NCBI GenBank assembly: GCA_965200155.1
Contig: CBDATR010000023.1
Span: forward strand, 1 to 25,116
Direction of reading: 5' to 3'
DNA from: Nitrosopumilaceae archaeon
Lineage (GTDB): Archaea > Thermoproteota > Nitrososphaeria > Nitrososphaerales > Nitrosopumilaceae
DNA: 25,116 nucleotides
This document shows, one piece after another, positions 18,721-25,116 of this stretch (its first letter is position 1; every line of letters begins with the position of its first letter). The position numbers and the translations under genes are program-made. The notes under the pieces were generated by a model. That model made no database searches. It saw only the letters and a program-made list of their open reading frames with translations, and was not told the origin of the DNA.

Positions 18721-19241
18721 GCACGCAATACGTACAGCTCCTCAAAGAATAGTTTTTTCTTCATTGCAATCTCTGCATGTAATCCTAGTGACCTGGCAAG
18801 ATTCAGGAGTTGATCATATCTTGACAGTGATGATGTGATCATGGCCAGCTGACCGCCCGGCTTTAGCAGGGGTGCAGCTGAGCACATGAACATACCGGGT
18901 ATCGCGATTCCACCGGGGCCTCCGTCAGTATCCGGGAATCGTATCACTTCTGTGTCAAGGTATGGCGGATTACTAAGTATGGCATCGAACTGTCCGTGTA
19001 TGGCATCGGCAGCATTGCAGCAGACTGGATTTGTGACCGGATATGTCTGGTTACAAAGTATGTGAAAGGAAATTTCTGTACACACTACACGCTTAAAGTT
19101 TCTCTCCAATACCTTGCTGACATAACCGGATCCGCCTCCTATCTCTAGGGCAGATTCGCCAGATAGCTCCTCGATATAATCACAGAGTAGATATGTATCC
19201 TCGGATGGCGTATACTCATTGTATGGTTTTGACAAATTCAA
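18711..19241 (-). CDS. HemK2/Mtq2-like N5-glutamine methyltransferase
   Basis: YTPSEDTYLL, LEIGGGSGYV, SNPPY and DGGPGG motifs; lies downstream of rsmA. Confidence 0.88.
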   Translation of the reverse strand: MNLSKPYNEYTPSEDTYLLCDYIEELSGESALEIGGGSGYVSKVLERNFKRVVCTEISFHILCNQTYPVTNPVCCNAADAIHGQFDAILSNPPYLDTEVIRFPDTDGGPGGIAIPGMFMCSAAPLLKPGGQLAMITSSLSRYDQLLNLARSLGLHAEIAMKKKLFFEELYVLRAYR

Positions 19242-19893
19242 TAACCTGTGAGGCGTTAAGGTCGTCTAGACGCCGTGGATATGGGTCACGATACAGTATC
19301 TTGCGGCGTTGCGAGAAGAGTTGGTGCAATTTACGAATGGTGTTCTGATGTATTGTGTCAAATTTCTCAAAGGCTAGGACCACCGATTTTACCCGCGGCG
19401 GGGGCTCAAAACTCTCCGGATTCACCATAAGTGATTTTACAATACGAAACGCACTCTGCCATACAACGGATATGGCTCGCATATTCGTCCCCATCCGGGT
19501 TAGCTTACGTGCAAATTCATCCTGGACCATTATTGCGCCACATCGGAAGGTCTTTGTGGCTAACCACTCAACGGCTCTTCTACTCTGGGAGTATGGCAGG
19601 TTTGAGGCAAAGACATCAAATGTGGTATTAGTCTTGAATCCGTCGCCATGGGTGAGTGTAAGGTTGGGGGTACTTCCCAACCGACTGGTTACTCTCTCAT
19701 ATATGATAGGGTCTGACTCAATGGATATAACATGTCCTGCGTCCCTGCACAGCTTTTCTGTTAGGATGCCGTGCCCTGTCCCTACCTCCAACACAGTATC
19801 ATGCTGCGTAGTTCTGCTCATTTGGGTAATCTGATCAGCCAATCTTTGTGAGGTCAAGAAATGTTGTCCAAGCCTGTGTCGTCTTGAAATCAT
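19216..19893 (-). CDS. rsmA: 16S rRNA adenine dimethyltransferase (KsgA/Dim1)
   Basis: RLGQHFL, VLEVGTGHGILT, SNLPY and SFEPPPRVKS motifs. Confidence 0.93.
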   Translation of the reverse strand: MISRRHRLGQHFLTSQRLADQITQMSRTTQHDTVLEVGTGHGILTEKLCRDAGHVISIESDPIIYERVTSRLGSTPNLTLTHGDGFKTNTTFDVFASNLPYSQSRRAVEWLATKTFRCGAIMVQDEFARKLTRMGTNMRAISVVWQSAFRIVKSLMVNPESFEPPPRVKSVVLAFEKFDTIHQNTIRKLHQLFSQRRKILYRDPYPRRLDDLNASQVIEFVKTIQ

Positions 19894-19928
19894 GATTCTA
19901 AGCAGTGACACTGCCAGTGTGGCTTGTG

Positions 19929-20255
19929 TTATTTATCCTCATGGATTATTCTGTGTATCTTAGTTAGCGTCTCTGCCAGTATGAGCTTACGCCAACCGAA
20001 TGTGAAGGATCGTATCTCTGCCAATGTGCCGGGCATTATGTTTATTATTTCCACTGCTTCCTCATCAGTAAGCCCGCACTCTTTTATCAATGCGCTCCTC
20101 ATTCTACGAGCCTGCTTTGCTTCCACTTGTGCAAAGGCAGAGACATAGTCAAAAGTCCAACGCTGTATTTGGTCCAATTGCTCCACATCCATTTTTGAGA
20201 ATATTTCTTTCACTTCGGGAAGAGTAACCGGCTCGCTGCGCTTTATGTCCTTCAT
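19929..20255 (-). CDS. rpo4: DNA-directed RNA polymerase subunit F (Rpo4)
   Basis: VTLPEVKEI...IQRWTFDYV...EAVEIINIMP; sits in the conserved archaeal order rpl21e-rpo4-(...)-rsmA. Confidence 0.9.
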   Translation of the reverse strand: MKDIKRSEPVTLPEVKEIFSKMDVEQLDQIQRWTFDYVSAFAQVEAKQARRMRSALIKECGLTDEEAVEIINIMPGTLAEIRSFTFGWRKLILAETLTKIHRIIHEDK

Positions 20256-20557
20256 GTCTGTACCCCAAACGGCTTTATGTGATCCAGCCTTGTAATGAGC
20301 ATCTTGGTCTTTTTGCCAAGTTTAACATCCAGCGTTATCATGCGCCTTCCAACCTCGGACACTGTGCCCACTTTGCCGTGATACCTCCTATGTGGTAATC
20401 CCTTGTGCTGCCGCGGATCTATAATGACAAGGGCTCTGTCTCCTACAGCATACTCCCGAAGTAGGAATGATACTCCACGCGGCTGTTTCTTTGTCATTAC
20501 GGATCTTGATTTATGCCTAAACCCATGAGAACGACCTGACGGCTTTTTTGTGGTCAT
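20252..20557 (-). CDS. rpl21e: 50S ribosomal protein L21e
   Basis: SHGFRHKSR and HKGLPHRRYHGKVGTV motifs. Confidence 0.96.
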   Translation of the reverse strand: MTTKKPSGRSHGFRHKSRSVMTKKQPRGVSFLLREYAVGDRALVIIDPRQHKGLPHRRYHGKVGTVSEVGRRMITLDVKLGKKTKMLITRLDHIKPFGVQT

Positions 20558-20777
20558 ATAGTAGCAATGTTGGAACACCATATTTTAACCGTATGTATCG
20601 ACGTATCGTGAATCTGGAACCAAGAATGCCACTACGTTCTGTCTCATAACCCTGATCAAGCTAATTCTACCATGCATTTACTTGAGTGGATGCCATCAAG
20701 TGGTGGCAGTACCTACCATGTGGAGTTCATATCCAATATAGTAATACATTTTAAATGAGCTGGCCGAATATCTATCA

Positions 20778-21552
20778 ATGAAAATTGTTCAGATATCTGA
20801 ATTGCATGTAGGATCGCAGTTTCTTGAGTCAAAGTTCTACAAGATGGCTTTGGAGGTTAATGAACTGAATCCTGACGTCGTGGTTATAACAGGAGATCTT
20901 ACCAATGATGGTATTCTCAGCGAATATGAGCGATGCTCACAACTCCTCTCCACAATAACCACAAAGACCATATGATAGCGGTAACCACGACTATCGCAAT
21001 ACTGGCTGCCTATTGTTCCGGAGATACTTTCCATCAAGGAACGTGACAGATTTGAGAGAGAATGTTGTACTGGCTACTATTGGCACAGCACGACCGGATC
21101 GCAATGAAGGCGAGGTGGGGTACAGACAGAATTTGTGGCTAGAGGATACGCTCAAGAAGTACGCGTATAGCCGGATACTGGTAGCCATGCACCATCATCT
21201 TATTGACGTTCCGGATATGGGTCTTGATCATCAAACAATACGCGACGCCGATGTTCTGCGCACTATACTAGCTTCCGGGGTAAGTTTGGTGATGTACTGC
21301 CACAACCATCGCCCGTGGCTTTGGGATCTTGGTAAGCTCAAGGTAGTGAATGACGGAACTGCAACTTTTCAAAGACCACGTGGTCTCTTTGAGAATACCT
21401 ACAACGTAATCACAATAAATGATGGTGTAGTGGATATAGATCTCAAGATAGTAGGCGGAGCGCGGTTTACCTCTATCGAGATAGTACGCAACTACAACCA
21501 GTTTAACTCTTGTAACACACCGTTGCCTGGTTCTGCTAGAAAAGAACCATGA
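20778..21552 (+). pseudogene. Calcineurin-like metallophosphoesterase, frameshifted
   Basis: ISELHVG, VVITGDLT, (shifted frame) SGNHD, MHHH and CHNH. Frame break near 20970, and conserved motifs look substituted (E for D in DxH, C for G in GHxH). Confidence 0.8.
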
Positions 21553-21584
21553 CTTATTTACTACACTAATTATGCCTCTCATGT

Positions 21585-21668
21585 GCGGGGATCGCCTAGC
21601 CTGGTAGGGCGTGGGATTGCTAATCCCATGTCAGAAATGACACGGGGGTTCAAATCCCCCTCCCCGCG
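21585..21668 (+). tRNA. tRNA-Ser (GCT)
   Basis: Acceptor GCGGGGA/TCCCCGC, anticodon arm TGGGA-TTGCTAA-TCCCA, long variable arm TGTCA-GAAA-TGACA, T-loop GTTCAAA. Confidence 0.95.
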
Positions 21669-21704
21669 CTTCGTTTAATACTGTCATCTATGTAATATTT
21701 AGGA

Positions 21705-21866
21705 ATGGGAAGGCGTAAGACACAAAAAATAATTCGTACTGCACAACGAAATTCCACAATAGGTCGTTGTCCCCACTGCAGAACAATAGGCAAAATCATC
21801 CTCTTGGGTAAGCCAGGTCAAGAGAAATGTAAATGTGATAAGTGTAGAGGGGAATTTGACATATGA
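21705..21866 (+). CDS. Small Zn-ribbon protein (53 aa) with Elf1-like basic N-terminus
   Basis: Hand translation: MGRRKTQKIIRTAQRNSTIGRCPHCRTIGKIILLGKPGQEKCKCDKCRGEFDI*, with two CxxC motifs. Shorter than anything in the ORF track. Confidence 0.7.
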   Translation: MGRRKTQKIIRTAQRNSTIGRCPHCRTIGKIILLGKPGQEKCKCDKCRGEFDI

Positions 21867-21927
21867 TGCTCGGCTTGTAATGCATTGTCGAGCATTATCA
21901 CTCTCTTTTATTGAGACCTAACATGTG

Positions 21928-22019
21928 GTATGAGTTCACCTGTGTCTAAATTTACGCACAACTGATCGCGACAGTTAATGTGATTTGTGCACAAGATTCC
22001 GGAAGACGTGAACTCATAC
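21928..22019 (-). mobile_element. MITE-A (92 bp) at an inversion breakpoint
   Basis: Flanks AACATGTG and AGATCTTT differ. AGATCTTT is the reverse complement of AAAGATCT at 22480-22487. Confidence 0.95.
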
Positions 22020-22191
22020 AGATCTTTCTCGGTAGACGCAAGGGTATCCTGAAGAAGTTTATTTTCCAGTTCCAATTCCTTATAGGACCGGCGTCTTCTC
22101 ATTAGATTCTTATTGCAAATTTGGTATTTAAGTAAAATATTGTCATACCAATCTATATCTTAGTGAATGATCAAAACACGTGAACTCATAC
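22020..22191 (-). mobile_element. Inverted left end of the IS66-family element (IRL, leader and first ~27 transposase codons)
   Basis: 24-bp TIR at 22168-22191 reads GTATGAGTTCACGTGTTTTGATCA on the minus strand. ATG at 22102 gives MRRRRSYKELELENKLLQDTLASTEKD, which joins KDLAHYKE at 22480. Confidence 0.88.
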
Positions 22192-22432
22192 CAGATAATC
22201 TCTCGGTCTTGAAATGGGATTCATCCTGGGTAACAATGGCATAATCCATCTTTATGTAACGTGCAGCCTTTTCTGACATTTCTTGCCTCCATTTTTTCAC
22301 GTCTTCCATTGAATCATAATTCATGTGGATTGGGGATGACTTTTTGTTGGAGCAACCCCACTTTTTGGCGTAACGCTTGAACCTGATTTGCGCTCAGTCT
22401 TATTCCGGATATCTCTTCGAGGTAATCCTGCT
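22192..22432 (-). pseudogene. Inverted 5' part of an IS630-family transposase
   Basis: Minus strand reads ...KKWRQEMSEKAARYIKMDYAIVTQDESHFKTERLS and joins via ATTATCTG to VRFWAP at 24335. Confidence 0.78.
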
Positions 22433-22479
22433 GGGATGTATTCTATCTTATTATATGATCAAAACACGTGAACTCATAC
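22431..22479 (+). mobile_element. Extra copy of the IS66 right end (IRR')
   Basis: CTGGGATGTATTCTATCTTATTATATGATCAAAACACGTGAACTCATAC nearly matches 24286-24334. Confidence 0.85.
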
Positions 22480-24276
22480 AAAGATCTTGCACATTACAAG
22501 GAACGTGTGAGAGTATTGGAAGCATATGTGTCCCGCACCACAAAAGAAATACGAAATCTCACACAAGATTTCCAAATTATTAGGAATTATGTAAATGAAT
22601 TGAATGAGAAATTAAAAGAAAAACAGGGGAAAATTGCGGTACTCACAACGCGACTTAAATATTATGAGAATGCTCACTCGCCACCATCCCTTCAATCCCT
22701 CCAGTACAAGAAGCGAAAACAGGAGGAACAGAAGCGAAAACAGGGAGATAATAAGCAACAGACAGAAGCCAGTACGAAATCAGCCAAAAAGGCTGGCGCG
22801 CAAAAGGGACACAAGGGGGTTTCCCGTTCCCACAACCCCGGCAGAGTAGTGCATCACACCTTTGAGTACACACCAATATGTGAGTGCGGCAATATGATGA
22901 CAAAAATTGGTTGGAAACAACGACACATAACGGAATTAATACCAGCCAAAATAGAGGAGACCCTTCATGTGATAGAAATGGCTGCATGCAAGTGCGGCAA
23001 AAAACAACTGGCCCCAGCAGCGGGCGTCCCAAAGAGTGGTAGTTTTGGGGTTCAATTATGCGGTGCCATCACCGCATTACGCGCAGAAAAGATTCCAATA
23101 AAACGCATACCTGTAATTTCGAAGGATCTCTTCGGCCTAAATATATCGGTGGGTGCAGTAAACAACATAATTGCCAGGGCCGCCGATGCATGTGAATCAT
23201 TTATGGAAACAATTCATGAGAATATAATAAAATCACCCAGCATACATGTGGACGAAACTGGTATATCACTGGCGGGTAGGCGTGGCTGGGTATGGGGGAT
23301 GCGAGCCGAAGAGTGGATGATGTCCATATATGACAAAAGTAGGAGTTCAAATGTAGTGAACAAATACCTGAACGGTTACCAGGGAGCGATAGTCACAGAC
23401 AGGTACGTTGTGTATCGCCGGTTTGATGACGGTGGGAAGCACCAGTTGTGTTGGGCGCATTTATTGCGCGATACCCAGGCATTACATGCAGGATTCTATA
23501 TTGATCCCGGTGCTCAGGACGCCCGGATCAAACTTGACAACGACCTGAAAGGATTGTTCCGGAGCGCACGGGAATCCCTGAATCACTGCGGGCCGTCCGC
23601 GCAATTACGACACTCATTTGAGACAGGAGCAGATGCATCAGTACTGTGATGTTGATGATACTGAACTACAAAAGAAGGTAAAAGGATTGAATAAGGCCAT
23701 ACCATGCATGTTCGTATTCTTAGAATATGACAGTGTGGAGCCCACCAACAATCTAGCGGAGCAGGCTTTGCGATACGCAGTGGTATTCCGCAAGATTAGT
23801 GGCCAGATAAAAGGTGGTGAAAGGGCAATGCGCCGCATGTCTACATTTGTATCATGTGTTCAGACATGGAGGGCTCAAGGCCTGTATGAGTTCACGTCTT
23901 CCGGAATCTTATGCACAAATCACATTAACTGTCGCGATCAGTTGTGCGTAAATTTAGACACAGGTGAACTCATACGATCATGTTACTAATAGCGCCTGTG
24001 AGGGGTTGTATATCACTCATCTCAGAATTAACAGCATGGATTTTGCATATTCTATCATATTTTGATTGCAATCAGTAACCTGAGAATTCGTACCATGTAG
24101 TCGTTTAGGTGCCCAAAGTCACAATAATGTTTTCTTGTATGAGTTCACGTCTTCCGGAATCTTATGCACAAATCACATTAACTGTCGCGATCAGTTATGC
24201 GTAAATTTAGACACAGGTGAACTCATACCAAGGCCTTTCTGTTATGAACGAGGTTGCTGCCAGAATGCAGTTATAA
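22480..24276 (+). pseudogene. IS66-family (single-ORF, ISBst12-like) transposase, main body, disrupted
   Basis: Coiled coil, NAHSPPS, GAQKGHKG, CECG/CKCG Zn ribbon, HVDETG, TDRY, HQLCWAHLLRD and PTNNLAEQALR. Frameshift near 23620-23640. The true C-terminus QGLSVMNEVAARMQL* resumes at 24229 after the composite insertion. Confidence 0.92.
23884..24228 (+). mobile_element. Composite unit: direct MITE-A pair (23884-23975, 24137-24228) around 161 bp of cargo
   Basis: A single TSD CAAGGCCT at 23876-23883 and 24229-24236. Inner flanks do not match. Confidence 0.92.
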
Positions 24277-24310
24277 TTAAAAAAACTGGGACGCATTCTA
24301 TCTTATTATG

Positions 24311-24334
24311 TGATCAAAACACGTGAACTCATAC
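24311..24334 (+). repeat. IS66 right terminal inverted repeat (24 bp)
   Basis: TGATCAAAACACGTGAACTCATAC followed by TSD ATTATCTG, the reverse complement of CAGATAAT next to IRL at 22192. Confidence 0.9.
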
Positions 24335-25020
24335 ATTATCTGTGCGATTCTGGGCCCCTGCAGGCAGGCGCGTACTCATGGTATGGACCGGCGGGCGATA
24401 CCGGTTCTCCATGGCCTGTACCATTGATTAATGATGGCAGGGTATTCCTTGATGATTACACGATCATAGACACAGAGAATTTCCTGGATCACATGCATAA
24501 CAAGGTGGGCAAGATGGTACTGTTCGTGGACATGGCACACCTCAAGGAAGGCCAAAGAATTCTTTGCTGATCTGGACATAATCGTAATAGAGTATCCGGT
24601 TGGACATCCGTACCTGAATCCGGTCGAGGAATTCTGGAGCGTACTCAAGAGGGGGATGGATCACTCCATACGATATTCGGATATCAATTACCACAAGCAG
24701 GCAGTGTATGATTTCAAAGATGACCATAAGTTCGATTATGATTTTAACAAATTCTGGAACAGAAAACCAGCTGATGGATTAATACTACCAATCATGGAAT
24801 CGTATGAGTTCACGTCTTCCGGAATCTTATGCACAAATCACATTAACTGTCGCGATCAGTTATGCGTAAATTTAGACATAGGTGAACTCATACATGGAAT
24901 CAGTACGCAAGGGGGGACCCAGCGACCCAAGGCAGAAGAGGCGATTCAAAAATGCAGGCGGTGCGGAAAGTACATCCGTATCGGCCGGTGTAGCACAAAA
25001 GGCCAAACTTGCAAAGTAGA
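24335..25020 (+). pseudogene. 3' part of the IS630-family transposase, frameshifted
   Basis: MVLFVDMAH and EYPVGHPYLNPVEEFWSVLKR (IS630 'P..P.LNP.E..W..LK' motif). Right boundary approximate. Confidence 0.8.
24802..24893 (+). mobile_element. MITE-A (92 bp) in the IS630 remnant
   Basis: TSD ATGGAATC. Confidence 0.95.
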
Positions 25021-25116
25021 TTTCATCATTCTAGATATTATTATCAAAAAATATACTAAGTGGTGGATTTTGTGCGTGATCGTTTTGCAAGCATATGCCT
25101 CATAAACAGACGCTAA

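Noticed and set aside
21585-21930. tRNA-Ser as attachment site of an integrated island
   Set aside because: No duplicated tRNA 3' end and no tyrosine or serine integrase seen in the window; the neighbouring elements are explained by transposition.
23618-23649. Programmed frameshift in the IS66 transposase
   Set aside because: No slippery run is visible at the overlap and the element is disrupted elsewhere, so a deletion or sequencing error is more likely.
3355-24893. Recurrent peptide YEFTSSGILCTNHINCRDQLCVNLDTGELI as a protein domain or in-frame coding insert
   Set aside because: It is one stop-free frame of MITE-A. Net insertions are 100, 107 or 109 bp (element plus TSD), none divisible by 3, so host frames shift, and no intact gene contains it.
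24656-25105. 149-aa ORF as a novel Zn-finger protein (CRRC)
   Set aside because: Chimera of the IS630 C-terminus, the MITE-A frame and an out-of-frame tail.

Overview
Archaeal chromosomal window, most consistent with Nitrososphaerota (Nitrosopumilaceae/Cenarchaeum-like). This is inferred from rpl21e-rpo4-rsmA-HemK, UPF0147, ilvC, ahcY, a B12-binding mutase subunit, aquaporin and tRNA-His/Ser. The region is overrun by mobile DNA. The dominant signal is a 92-bp hairpin-like MITE ('MITE-A', 12-bp TIR GTATGAGTTCAC, 8-bp target duplications) with 16 young copies (15 complete, 1 cut by the window edge) plus about 4 decayed relatives. Its likely parent, a single-ORF IS66-family element whose 24-bp TIRs begin with the same sequence, is present but broken. 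TSD bookkeeping shows: (i) MITE pairs flanked by one shared TSD, i.e. composite mini-transposons with cargo (17236-17642, 23884-24228); (ii) a MITE-bounded tandem duplication in purD; (iii) a MITE-bounded deletion of the aldehyde dehydrogenase 5' end; (iv) an inversion that splits both the IS66 transposase and the IS630 it had inserted into. Also present are a second 141-bp MITE family, IS5/IS481/IS630/TnpB-like remnants, an unassigned GC-rich structured RNA candidate and a 53-aa Zn-ribbon ORF missed by the ORF track. No CRISPR array or rRNA was seen. All calls were made by eye; no database searches were run.
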